64,000 bases of DNA from NCBI RefSeq assembly GCF_964355755.1, contig NC_092670.1, positions 10,152,695-10,216,694 of the forward strand. The letters are read 5' to 3'. Below, piece by piece: positions 51,198 to 64,000 of the stretch; position 1 is the stretch's first letter; each line of letters begins with the position of its first letter. The position numbers were made by a program, and so were the translations under genes. Origin of the DNA: Antedon mediterranea. Taxonomy: Eukaryota > Animalia > Echinodermata. The notes below the pieces were generated by a model, which did not search any database, had not been told where the DNA came from, and saw only the letters and a program-made list of their open reading frames with translations.

Positions 51198-52820
51198 AGG
51201 ATTAGTAAGGCAGGATACGAATCATTGGGACCGAAGAAGACCAGTAAGACAGGATACGAAATATCGGGATCGAAGAGGACCAGTAAGACAGGATACGAAT
51301 CATCGGGACCGAAGAGGACCAGTAAGGCAGGATACGAATCATCGAGACCGAAGAGGATCGGTAAGGCAGGATACGAATCATCAAAACCGAAGAGGATCAG
51401 TAAGACAGGATACGAATCATCGGGACCGAAGAGAACCAGTAAGGCAGGATACGAATTATCGGGACCGAAGAGAACCAGTAAGGCAGGATACGAATCATCG
51501 GGACCGAAGAGGATCAGTAAGGCAGGATACGAATCATCGGAACCGATGAGGACCAGTAAGGCGGGATACGAATCATCGGGACCGAAGAGGACCAGTAAGG
51601 CAGGATACGAATCATCGGGACCGAGGAGGACCAGTAAGGCAGGATACGAAATATCGGGATCGAAGAGGATCGGTAAGGCAGGATACGAATCATCGGGACC
51701 GAAGAGGACTAGTAAGGCAGGATACGAATCATCGGGACCGAAGAGGACCAGTAAGGCGGGATACGAATCATCGGGACCGAAGAGGACCAGTAAGGCAGGA
51801 TACGAATCATCGGGACCGAAGAGGATCAGAAGGCGGGATACGAATCATCGGGACCGAAGAGGACCAGTAAGGCAGGATACGAATCATCGGAAGAGGACCA
51901 GTAAGGCAGGATACGAATCATCGAGACCGAAGAGGACCAGTAAGGTGGGATACGAATCATCGGAAGAGGACCATTAAGGGAGGATACGAATCATCGGAAG
52001 AGGACCAGTAAGGCAGGATACGAATTATCGGAAGAGGACCAGTAAGGCAGGATACGAATCATCGAGACCGAAGAGAACCAGTAAGGGAGGATACGAATCA
52101 TCGAGACCGAAGAGAACCAGTAAGGCAGGATACGAATCATCGGGACCGAAGAGGACCAGTAAGACAGGATACGAATCATCGGGACCGAAGAGGACCAGTA
52201 AGGCAGGATACGAATCATCGAGACCGAAGAGGACCAGTAAGGCAGGATACGAATCATCGGAAGAGGACCATCAAGGGAGGATACGAATCATCGGGACCGA
52301 AGAGGACCAGTAAGACAGGATACGAATCATCGGGACCGAAGAGGACCAGTAAGACAGGATACGAATCATCGAGACGGAAGAGGACCATTGAGGGAGGATA
52401 CGAATCATCGGAAGAGGACCATTAAGGCAGGATACGAATCATCGGAAGAGGACCATTAAGGGAGGATACGAATCATCGGAAGAGGACCATTAAGGGAGGA
52501 TACGAATCATCGGAAGAGGACCATCAAGGGAGGATACGAATCATCGGAAGAGGACCATCAAGGGATCAGATTCGAATCATCGGAAGAGGACCATCAAGGG
52601 AGGATACGAATCATCGGAAGAGGACCATTAAGGGAGGATACGAATCATCGGAAGAGGACCATCAAGGGAGGATACGAATCATCGGAAGAGGACCATCAAG
52701 GGAGGATACGAATCATCGGAAGAGGACCATCAAGGGAGGATACGAATCATCGGAAGAGGACCATCAAGGGAGGATACGAATCATCGGAAGAGGACCATTA
52801 AGGGAGGATACGAATCATCG
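51198..52820. repeat. minisatellite, 39-bp unit grading into a 33-bp unit
   Basis: cagtaaggcaggatacgaatcatcgggaccgaagaggac, then ccatcaagggaggatacgaatcatcggaagagga. Confidence 0.95.
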
Positions 52821-54758
52821 GAAAAGGACCATTAAGGGAGTGTTTAATTGCAGGAATGGCTCAAAGATTTTAAGACATATTGTACACATTATTATTTAGA
52901 TCTAGATGTAAAGTTTGATGCCATATTAAGTCATTTGGGGGATCGGCTAAGGAAACTAGGTACATTACCAAATGTCCATATTGGGTACAAGTAAAAATTC
53001 CAGAAAAGCCATTCAAGTATTACAAACTTTTTTACCGTTCTGGGGGACAATTACATCTTTAAGCGTGAGGTTAGCACTCGTAAAAAAGAAAAGCATTACA
53101 TTCAGTTGGTAAATTAACTTCTTTAAACATGACTGACAAATTAATAAATAACATTTTGAATTAAACTAAATATATACAGTAGAATGGACAGAAAAGGAGA
53201 AAGAAATACTATAAAAAAAATCAAACAAAGAAGAAACTTCGTCCGTTTATGTATTGAATTGGAAAAGTTGTGTATTGAGGGCGCTGCGTTGTCATTCTGT
53301 AATTAAACATACAGGTGATTGTGTGTGATATAATGCCGTGCGTAAGCAGAGCGGGTCTTTTGTTCGTTACAGTTGTTATTTTGCATTTGCAGTTGTTAGC
53401 ATATATGTAAGTTATCGTATTATATACTGTATTTAGCAACTGAATTACATGTAATTTACTTGGTTATAATAACATTACAGTTCTTGTTCATATCGTAGGC
53501 CTATGTAGGCCTATAAGCAATTTACCAAACTAATAATCATGCTGTGCTTAGCAATAAATGAGTCTTACATTTACAATATTTATCTTAGTTTTGATATGTT
53601 TCGAATGATTTTCGGGCGACTATTATATGTAGTCAATGTGCTCGATCAGAAGTAATGGGTCCACACATGTGTTTAGGGCAAGTTGCCGTGTCACGAACAT
53701 CAAAGAAATTAGAAACCCTGTCTAATGAGGAAAATGTTAAAAGATACTAACATCAAAACAAAGGTAAAATGTGTAAAATATAGTCTGATATCGGGTAATA
53801 AATACATAGTTTTAAGTATTATAATAGGATACAGTTTTCCTTCTGTAGTTAAATTAATTAAATTAACTAAAACTAAACTTTAGTACTGTGCTTATTCCGG
53901 GGGTAGGGGAGTTACTCCCTGTACAAACAACTCTAATTTTTCAGAACCATCGTCGTACAGCCGTCGCTAATCAAACAATTCTTCATCTATACACACACAC
54001 ACACCAGGAAAGAGGGTTCAAACCATCCGTTAAAATGATTTACCATATAACAAGGATTTGACCATGTAAACAATGTTTTTGTTTGGCTGTTAATGGATTC
54101 ATTTTAACTCAACAGCCAAAACGAAAACATTGTTTATTGAACAGTTTATACACGCTAGCACACATCTCATAGACCTTCCCAGACGTGCTTTGGGGGTTGA
54201 GGATGCATGATCCTAAATTTGTCCTTTTTAGGTCATATGCATACATATTATTTTCAAAAGCAATATATATTTCTATTTCTATATTTCTTTTCACATTTAC
54301 TTTAAATAGGTTAAAATAATGAGTGTAATTGATGCGTCAAAACTATGACCTCTTCTGATTCCAACACATATAGACCTATTAACATTGCTTAACATTAAAT
54401 CGTTGAAAATTGAACTTGTTCACAATCTTAATATAAATGTGACAAGGTGACAATTTCTTTGTTACAAAAATGATACGTAGGTTAATCTATTTTGTGTATT
54501 TTAAACTCTTCTATGAAGAAATTTCAACTGGAAATTCTTTAATAAACAAATTATTGTACAACTATGCTATTCGACTTGTAATATTTTGGGCTTTCTTCCA
54601 ATTTTTGCATACCTATACGTATACCAATTTCCATTTCCTTTTCCATCGTCTATTGTAGCAAACGGTAACAAAATATCACTACCAATCAACATTGGTATAA
54701 ACCTCCATATAAAGAATCAATTTATTTAATATAGAAGTTTGCAAAAATTTATACTTAC

Positions 54759-55049
54759 TCCTTTCAATGTAACAAAATTTAGGCGTTTGAATTATGTTTT
54801 CAACTGATGCTTTTTCCAGTTTTTTCTGACTGATTTGACAAACACTATCTTTCTGGTTATAGTTAACAGACAGGCAATCGGATTGCTTGGAACATTCCAG
54901 CAAACAATTTAGTTTATGTATATTCTTCAACTCGTATAGTAACTCCAACCTTCAAGAGCATGCCCTTGGAGAATAACAGTATAATTATATGTATTGATCG
55001 AATCATCACTGATGACAAATGACAGAAGTAAGACAATTAAAGTTAGCAT
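54759..55049 (-). pseudogene. FReD gene D exon 1 (signal peptide + PAN-like), frameshifted
   Basis: MLTLIVLLLSFVIS..ALEGWSY, then ~5 extra nt near 54935 giving YTS*; downstream frame CLLECSKQSDCLSVNY; gtaagt donor, phase 1. Confidence 0.8.
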
Positions 55050-55285
55050 TTCGACGTTTTTAGAATTATGTAGTGACGAATGAAACGGTTATTGTGCCAA
55101 TACAATCTACAATTCGTCTTAAAATACTCGATGATACTGTATGAGTTACCTAATGTGGTACGAACTATATTTTTATCTTTTACATATTCCATTATCCAAT
55201 CACTTTACATACAACCCAGTGTGCACCAATCAAAATGGTGATAGTAAGATATGATTTACATAAACAAAGTTAAACATGAGGATAT

Positions 55286-57592
55286 AGTAGGGAGGCCAAT
55301 GTGAGCTTTTTCATCATTGGGGACATTTTCTGTTAATAGCAGGCAACCATGTGGAATATGTTCCTTATGGGATGAAAAAAAAAATAGGGGTGGATGCCGC
55401 TCTCAAATTTCAAGTTAAAGGTCATTTTGAAGGTTATAAGGTCAAATATGGTAAAATCGGGATTTAAGGTGTTTTCAACAACTTATAAGCAAATTAAAAC
55501 ATATTTAACAATAATTGACATCATGTCGATGATGATCAAGTTTTTCAATATATCAACTTAAAAGTTTAAAGGTCATTTTCAATGTTATAAGGTCAAATTA
55601 TGGTAAATTCATGTTTTTTAGCTGGTTCAACAATGTACAAGCAATATGAAACAAATGTAACAATTATTAGATCATTATTGACGTATTATAGAAGATGGTT
55701 AAGTTTAAAGGTCATTTTCAAGGTCATAAGGTCAAATAGAACACAGACCTGTTAATTATTATCAGTATTAATAATTTAAATAAATATAAATAAATAACTA
55801 ATTTTCATGAGGATAACCTGCTGGGGCTGATGGGTAGTGATGTGTCAAAATTACCAGAATTGTCCTGGGGAGATTTTAAACTTGACATTTCATGGGGAGT
55901 CATGGAATATAAAAATAACCGGAATTTAAGATTTTTAAGAATTTTAAAAGAATCACAGAGGGGTTGTGGGTTGGAAGAGACCATGGAATATCAACATGAG
56001 CGGAATTTGTACTTGGAATGTTTTAAACTACTGGTGTAGGATTGGGAGAGGTAGCCGCACTGGGGTGGGTATTTCTTCTATTACATAATATAATTGCATG
56101 CATATTAGCCAGCTGGGTATTCAACAATCACACATGCATATTTACGGCAACAAATATATCTGGCTCTTTCATTTCATTTTGACCATAATATTGATTTACA
56201 AATTCCATTTACAAGGAGTGGATGCGTTACGAATGATTTCCAGTATGACTGCTTCCCATAACCATCAAATGATGATGTCTTGACACCTGTAAAGGTACGA
56301 AAGCTGTTTTGATTATCCGTAATATTTTTTCGGCCACTTTTTTGTTCAGTATACCAGATATCGTCCTTTAGTATGTTTGCTATAAGACTTAAAAAGTGCA
56401 CATTATTACACATCAACTGTCATGTATAAGCACATAAGCTTCTTCGTGATTGATATAGCAGATCATTTCTCCTTGTTTACCTTGCATCTTGAAAATCTAC
56501 CCACTGTTACCAACTCGTATTATTCTTGAACTGTTCTCTATGTATTCATTATCTAGGTAACTAAAATGCCTGACAGCCATGTTTACTGAATCCTTAAACT
56601 AGTAATGAATGATTATCATGTTTTTAAGTTCCAGCTTCTGGAACATCTGTGAGTATGTCAACGCCATTCACCATTAAATTATGTATGAAGTCAGATTTGA
56701 CTAAAGAAATTGAAATTGAACTATGATCAGGCTCTACTTTATGATATTGACCAACTCCAATGGTTGGTCAGCAGATTTTCTGTCAGCTTTTTTTCGTAAA
56801 TTTTGTTTTGATATGCACTATTAGAAATGGTTGCCTTATAGAAATCAGCAAAGGTTTAGAGCGATGCTTTCTCAGTGGCTTATAAAATTCTACTGTTTTT
56901 CTCTTTCTTTAAATGTAAGCTCTTCCACATCATCCGTCAGGTTGAAAAGATATTGTGTATGTACCATGTCATGCAGAACCTATCACTGAATGAATTGTTT
57001 CTTGTTGTACCATAGGCCTATAATTCTATAGGCCTAACAAACTTCTCAATATTACGTTATATATAGATAGTAATAATATTATAGTAAAATATGAATATTT
57101 TGGCACATATGGCGTTTCATACCTATAATAATTTAACTATTTTCCCGACTAAAATCGAAACGCTGACTGGTGGACAACATAAAAAAAGACAAATTAACAA
57201 CAGACTGGGGAAAGTCTAAAAAAAATTTGTTGTAATTAAAAGATGTTTTATCTGAATTATGTTAAAACAAAATTTTGAGAAAATGACACTTTTGTATTTA
57301 ATTTCCTATATTTTTATGTGTAGAATAAAATGCTTATCTTATAATTACTATAATATAAAACATTAGTTGATCTTTGTTGATGATTTTCCATGAATAAAGT
57401 AAAAATCCCATATTTTGACCTTGTTTGACCTTTTGACAATATAAACTTACCTTAAAACCTAAAACTGAGAATGGCATCCACCCCTATCATTTTTTGTCAA
57501 CCCACAATGGATACATTCAACATGGTTGCCTGCTATTAACAAAAAATGCCCCCCAAACCTTTTCTAGAGGACTTTTGAGTATTTGGCCTCAT
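55286..57592. mobile_element. degenerate TIR DNA transposon (~160-bp imperfect TIRs, GAGGCCAA ends)
   Basis: gttaatagcaggcaaccatg / catggttgcctgctattaac and ataggggtggatgcc / ggcatccacccctat; flanked by gttaaacatgaggatat direct repeats. Confidence 0.7.
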
Positions 57593-59609
57593 GTTAAACA
57601 TGAGGATATGTTGTTTTTTAGACGCATTTAATTTTTTATTAATTTTATAAATTGGGCAATATTAGGCTTCACGTATCTTGGTAGGCTCATGAAGTAATTA
57701 ACACATCAACAGTATTGGGTGCATGTCATATTGTCCCTGTTTAATGTGATGGTCTCTTCATACCTCCACCTCCCGCAGCAATACTTCAAAGCTAACAATA
57801 ACATTAATGTACAATAAAAACAGTTATAATAATATTGACAACATTGGCAGATTATCCTCCACAGAGACATATTTGGAAAATGGTGTGATGTTTATGAGAC
57901 AGTAAACGTCATCCATGACGATTATGTATATAAGTGCGATGACGTCTTTCAGAATTCAGAGTTTTACATTTAAAGTTTCTTATTTTTCCATTCACATTTC
58001 ACTAAATAAATGTGTGAGGTGTAAGATTTTTAAAACGTGATGTATTGAATACAGTATTCTAATTTAAAGTTTTTTGGAGAGTAGTCCTACAATGAGTGGA
58101 CATTTGTATGCACAAAAACATCCCATAAACAATCGGTTCACCTCCACGGCGGTGCAATAATTCAATTCAATTCAAATAAACATTTATTTCTTTCATTCAT
58201 ATTTGAGTAAAAAAAAACATTATAATTTCTGATATTTTATAAATAAATTTTTTTTTTTTTTTATAGATACAATACAGTAAATCATAATGTATAAAAAGAT
58301 GATTCAGTTATATACAAAATGAAAGAGGCAAAAAAACCCAAGAAAGTATCGATCAATTGGAAAAAAAAAATCCAATTGAAACTTGTATGTTGGGAAGCCA
58401 TGTAAGAAGAGTTTATGAAAGTTGGGACGAGAAAGTTAGTCAGGAACAAATAATATTTTATATGCATTTTCAAATATTGTTTGTTATCCGAGTAAGATTC
58501 TTTAGGAGCGGGATAACATTTTCCAAAACTACAAATTTGTTTTACTCTAAATCTGCTCCGGTGAGTGTGATTTTCAAAATCTTTTGTCCAGATATAATAT
58601 TTAATTTGCATGTCGTATACGTATTCCAATTGAATCGTGTGAATTTTCTGTATGCACGTCCCCCATCAATAAACATATTAATCATTCATTCATTAAACCA
58701 TACTTACAAAATCAATTGCATCACATAAGAAAAAAACAAGTTTATCTCAGGATGTCCATCATTTTGTTATGGAGCCTGGATGATTCAAATGATGATAGTA
58801 ATACTTCTTTCTTGGAGATACAAGAAATATTTATTATATATGGCCTTTGGCCCAAATAATATACAATGTAATACAATATTAAATAAATATCATTTGAATG
58901 CGTTTAAATGAAAAAAATAAATATTTTCCAAGTTTAACAATAAGATCAGAATTTGTGATAGACATAAGATCAATATATTTTAATTTAGTTGGGTTGTTTG
59001 TATAAAAGGAAAACATATATTTAGTTCTAATATCTTCATAAAATGGACAAACTAAAGTCAAATAATATTCATCTTCAATTGATTGTAAAGCACATAATTT
59101 ACATAATCTTTCATTTCTATTTATACAATTCCATCTTCCTTTTTCAATTTATAATTCTAAAATTCCTAATCTTATCTTAGCAATAATTTGTCTATGTTTG
59201 TAATTTGTTACTTTAGTTAGATATTCTTCAATTCCAAAATTATATTTAATGTGTTTGTAATATTGGAGCTTAGAGTGTAGCCTAGTATCTTCATAGAATT
59301 TTTGTCGTTCAATGTCTGTAAGCCTTTGTTTAATATTTGAAATAAAAGTATATATATTATTAACCTGTTGTGAGTACCATATGTTACCAAATCCATTTAT
59401 GCATAGTATTTGTTTTACGTCATTGGCCCAACATTGATCATTTCTTTGAGCTTTTCTATATTGAAAATCATAACATTGTTTAATAAATTTGTCATTATCC
59501 ATTTGGATTACTCTTAGCCAGTAACGAATTATATTAATGATAATTTGAATTTGGATAGTAAATCTTCCACATTCTCCTCTCACTGCAACACTTGGTGCAG
59601 AATTTATTT

Positions 59610-59831
59610 TTTAAACACCATATTTAATGAGGGTTATCCATCCAGCTATTGCTGATCATTAGGGACCCTCAGAGGTTCACACGACAAACATATACACAAG
59701 ATGCTCTACATAAACAAAGTCTTATTACAAGTCTTTGGGAGTGAATTGTAATTTGGTCCTTAGAAAAAATCCTGACATGTGACGGGACTTGGAGTGGTAG
59801 CCAAGCATCATAACCACCAAGCCACAACTCC
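59610..59831 (-). mobile_element. tRNA-derived SINE inserted in the LINE
   Basis: TGGCTTGGTGG box A-like head; gagggt..accctc stem in the tail; interrupts ILGV|..NSAPSVAVRGE. Confidence 0.55.
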
Positions 59832-60220
59832 ACTCCTAGAATGTATTTACAGAATCTTAGATGAACTTTCTCTAATACTGATATATCATTTAAACCCCAT
59901 ATTTCGCTACCATAAAGTAGGATTGGCATAATCTTAACATCAAATATGGTTCCATATATTAACTTGGAGGTTGCCAAAACGCATATGGGTCAATCCCTTC
60001 AATGTGAACAAAGCCTTATTAGCTTGTTGACAATTGTATTCTTTAGCTATTCCAATTACCATTTGAGTTGAAAACAACTCCTAAATATTTAAAGGATTTG
60101 TCAATGTCAACTGTATTTCCATTGTAATTCCATTGTTCAAATTTGTTAAGACTACCACCATTCTTAAACACTACAATATTACTCTTGTTAACATTGACAG
60201 TTACATCCCATCTTGTACAA

Positions 60221-60770
60221 TATCCCTTTCACACCAAAAGCAAAACTCCGGAGACACTCCGGAGTTGACGCCCCGCTGCTGTTTGGTGTGAAAGGTAAAA
60301 TCAAGCAACTCCGGAGTTTAAAACTGCGGGGTTGAACAGCTGAACATTCTCCGGAGAGCGAACTGCGGGGACACCCCGGTGTTTTGGTGTGAAAGGTACC
60401 AACATCAAACTCCGGAGTGTTTCGGGTCAAAAGGTCATCCTCACACGATCACTCATTGCTTTAGTTTTATTTCAAAATACTTTAAATATTTTTAAAAAAT
60501 ATATAGCGGGTTTAAAAAAATAATAAGTAGTATCAATAAAACGTTATATTACTTCTAAGACTTTTGAAAGTAATTATTAAATTTATAATATTATTAATTA
60601 AAATGATTCTAATGATCGTCGCTATGTAAACAAACAAAATAGAGGGCGACATTTACAATGTTATTTTGTAAACCCCGGTGTTGCTAGGTTGGTGTGAAAG
60701 GGGTATCTCCGGGGTTTCTCGACGTTTTGAATGGTCATAAACCCCGGGGTGTTTTGGTGTGAAAGGGGTA
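60221..60770. mobile_element. MITE, PIF/Harbinger-like
   Basis: TIRs tatccctttcacaccaaaa / ttttggtgtgaaaggggta; internal ggtgtgaaagg and ctccggag subrepeats; caa duplicated on both flanks. Confidence 0.8.
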
Positions 60771-60944
60771 CAATAGTAGATAACTTGTTTAAATAATATT
60801 GTAGACCATAAACGGTATCACCGAATAATATAAGGTCATCTGCATAGAGTAAATGATTAATTTTTAGATTTCCTATTTGGATTCTATGCCCGTCGCCTTC
60901 CTCATTTAATGTTTCACTCAAATCATTAATAAAAATATTAAATA

Positions 60945-61679
60945 ACAAGGCCATATAGATGGCTGCAGTCGCGTGCTTAGTGTTTACCGACCGACCGACC
61001 AACCTACCATCTGACCGAAATTACTGAACATGTTTTAAAATGTTGAAATGTTTAAAAACAGTAAATATTTTTTTAATTTACACGTGCGTAGCCTGTCACT
61101 TTTGACGTGCTCGTATAACGTAATTTCGAATTGAAAAGTAAGTCAAGAAAACAGAAATCGGGCAAAACGATTGCGCAATAACATTTAACGCGCAGCGCGC
61201 GCGCAAAAATCTGCGCACTCATGGCAATTTTGTAAACGCTTAAAATTGCCTGACACGTACTCTTATTTCATCGAAAATAAATTTTGAAAATTGTAAGCGT
61301 GCGTACGCATGCGTTACATGCGCTACGCACGTAATTGTATTGCCATATGATGATTTATGCCCTGAAATTTATGAATTGTGATTCATGGTTGTGAAGATAT
61401 GATTACAAGCGTGATTTCGTTAAATCGTGCGTAGACCGCGTAATTTTTTTATTGCGCACCGTGAAAACATAACCACATCGATTCCTGGCCATAAGGAATA
61501 TACTGTGAAAAATTGACTTAGCTAGATTAAACTGATATCAAGATAAGGTCAGAAAGCGATAAAACGCATAGTGATACCGGACCGACAGACCGACAGACCG
61601 ACAGACCGACAGACCGACAGACCGACCGACCGACCGACCGACATAGTAAACTATAGAGTCGTTTCCACGCGACTAAAAA
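60945..61679. mobile_element. Helentron-associated (HINE/DINE-1-like) element
   Basis: Subterminal inverted repeats agtcgcgtg 60967 / cacgcgact 61666, terminal agtcg..cgact hairpin, (GACC/GACA)n tracts, A-run ends. Confidence 0.7.
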
Positions 61680-62699
61680 GGACGAGAGTGGCGAACCCTG
61701 TTGTATACCTATTAAACATTTGAAAGAATTACTAATATTGCCGTCGACCTTAACATGTGCTGATAACTTATTGTACATTGAATTAATAACGTTTAACAAT
61801 TTTCCTTTTACTCCTTAATTTTTTAGTTTTATGTGAAGATATTGATGTCCTACGGAGTCAAAGGCTCGTTTAAAATCAATGAAAGCAGCATACTTTCCCA
61901 CGTTTTTTTCCTAGGTATTTGTTAATTATTGTGTTAAGAATAAATACATTATCCGATGTTCTGAACCCCTTTCTAAAACCGGCTTGTTCCTGATGTAGAA
62001 TGTTATTATCTTCTGCCCAAAATTGTAATCTTTTATTAATAAAATAAAATTTTTTTAGCAAAAACAGGAATAAGTGATATTCGTCTATAATTATCTGGTT
62101 GTTCTTTGTCACCTTTTATAAATATTGGGACAATAAGGCTGGTTGCCCATTGCTGTGGAAACTGTCCTGTATTATAAATTATATTATATAATTTTGTTAT
62201 TAGATTGATTACATTTTGAGATGAGTGTATAAAAAGTTCTGGTAATAATCCATCAATTCCAGGTGATTTACCTGTTTTTTGGATTTAATGGCATGAATTA
62301 CCTCATCTACTGTAATGTCATTATTAAGTTCGTTTTCATTTACAGCAGGTTCATTATTAATGACTTTCTACAGTTTGATTATCTCTATTTTCATTATTAT
62401 GAAATAAGGATTCGAAGTGAGTGCGCCATGTATTAATACGTATGTTATTTGGAAAATTTTGTTTTGTTTGTTTTAGTTTAATCCAGAATGATTTTGAGTT
62501 TTTTTCTCCTAATGATCTAATCAATTCTGTACGTGATCTTTTAATATAGCTGTATTTCTTATTTCTTATTAATGTTTTATATTCTTTTTTTATTTCCAGG
62601 TATGCATTAAGCAATGTTTGTGTACGATCGTGTCGGAATCTATTTAAACTTCTTCGAACTTTGTTTTTAAGTGTAAGACATTGATTGTCATACCTTCAT

Positions 62700-64000
62700 T
62701 GTTCTTCGACTTGGTCCATAGAATATTAAATGCATTTGAAAAAAGGGAATAGGCACTTACTACCTTTATGGATTTGTCAAAAGCGTTTGACATTATCGAT
62801 TACAGTATTCTGTTGAGCAAATTGGCGCATTATGGTATAAGAGGCATCGTTTTAATGTGGTTTAGAAACTATTTAAGTGGCCGCAAACAATATGTTTATG
62901 CCAATGGTAGATCATCATGTTTAAAAGACACCAATATAGGGGTGCCACAGGGTTCTGTTTTAGGACCACTTTTGTTTTTAATTTACATCAATGATATAAG
63001 TCGAGCAAGTAGTAAAATAGATATAATTAGTTTTGCTGACGACACAACTTGTATAACAAGGGGAGATGACCCTACAATGTTAAACCATACTATGAATATT
63101 GAACTAGAAAAAATAAACGTATGGCTTAAAGCAAATAAGCTGTTACTGAATGTCAGCAAAACTAATTACGTTGTTTTTAGAACTAACCAAAAGTACTTTG
63201 ACAAAAACCAGTTTAAAATAAAAATGAATAATGTGTTATTACATAGAAAAGGAAATGTGACATTTCTAGGTGTAATTTTAATCGAAAATCTTAACTGGAA
63301 ACATCACATACAGCTTATTAGGAAAAAAATGTCTAGGGCAATATACTTTTAAAAGTAAGAGAATTCTTTCCTCATAAAGTCCGTATTAGTCTTTATAACA
63401 CCTTAGTATTACCTCACCTTCAGTATGGTAACTTAATATGGGGAAATACATACAAGAGCACGTTAGAAGTAATACTAAAACTCCAAAAGAGAGCTGTAAA
63501 ATGCATTACCTTCTCTAAATTCAGACAAACCTCAGAGCCACTGTTTAAGAAACTAAAATATTAAACGTTTATGATATTTACAAAGTAAACGTCATAGGAT
63601 TTATGGCAAACGTAAAATTCAATGAATTACCACATCACATTTTAAATATTTTTAATTACTCTGACAGTATTAGGCCTACTCATAACCTCAGAACAGAAAC
63701 TGAATTCGAAATTCCCTTCACAAGACTAACTTGCAGTCAACAGTTTATACACATATGGACCAAAATTGTGGAAAGAATTCACTTGTAATGGTGGTAATAA
63801 ACCGGTTATCTTAAAGAAACAAAATAAATGTATAAAAAAACAGGTCAAAAAATACTTTTTATCACTATATGTTGATTAACAACACCTTTGTTTATTTAAG
63901 TTCTATATACTTGTTCTTATGTAAAGGGGTCCTACAAAAAAACGAAGCTACAGCTTTTTTATGCAGGATCCCTGTTTTCAGTTGTACTGTAATTATGATG
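62700..64000 (+). mobile_element. L2/Crack-like LINE RT 3' portion
   Basis: DLSKAFD, GVPQGSVLGPLLFLIYINDI, FADDT, LVLPHLQYGNLIWG, LQKRAV; 3' stem ggggtcct..aggatccc. Confidence 0.85.

Larger units (their letters stand above)
58850..62692 (-). mobile_element. degenerate LINE (RTE-X-like, tentative) split by three insertions
   Basis: QAGFRKG..SDNVFIL, GIQQGSPLS, LFNIFINDL, LLYADDL, PILLYGSEIWG, AVRGECGR, C-terminal EDE..LVCPFY. Confidence 0.8.

Noticed and set aside
51198-52820. CRISPR array, or a real 269-aa repetitive protein
   Set aside because: Units are contiguous with no unique spacers, there are no cas genes and the context is eukaryotic; the ORFs follow from stop-free units whose length is a multiple of 3

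Overview
AT-rich animal genomic DNA with spliceosomal introns, probably from a marine invertebrate (inferred from the gene and transposon content). The core is a minus-strand tandem cluster of secreted lectin-like genes with a signal peptide, a PAN/Apple-like domain and a C-terminal fibrinogen-related domain (FReD). There are three FReD exon sets: A 3336-15591, B 26840-34985 (probably joined to an orphan PAN exon at 41290-41574) and D 48173-55049, plus orphan fragments. B has a nonsense codon, D has a frameshift, and the PAN-to-FReD splice in A is unresolved. Every FReD gene has a tandem second copy, or a remnant, of its variable C-terminal segment just after the stop codon. In A and B this creates a potential GT-AG intron that would swap C-termini. 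The cluster is dense with transposons: a Penelope-like element with inverted repeats and a hammerhead-like motif, a Gmr1-type Gypsy (integrase before RT), Rex/CR1/L2/RTE LINE fragments, two non-autonomous Helitrons (one with an empty paralogous site), a Helentron-type element, MITEs, SINEs (one 5S+tRNA chimera) and two minisatellites. A possible spliced plus-strand small ORF lies between genes A and B. All calls come from reading the sequence; no database search was run.
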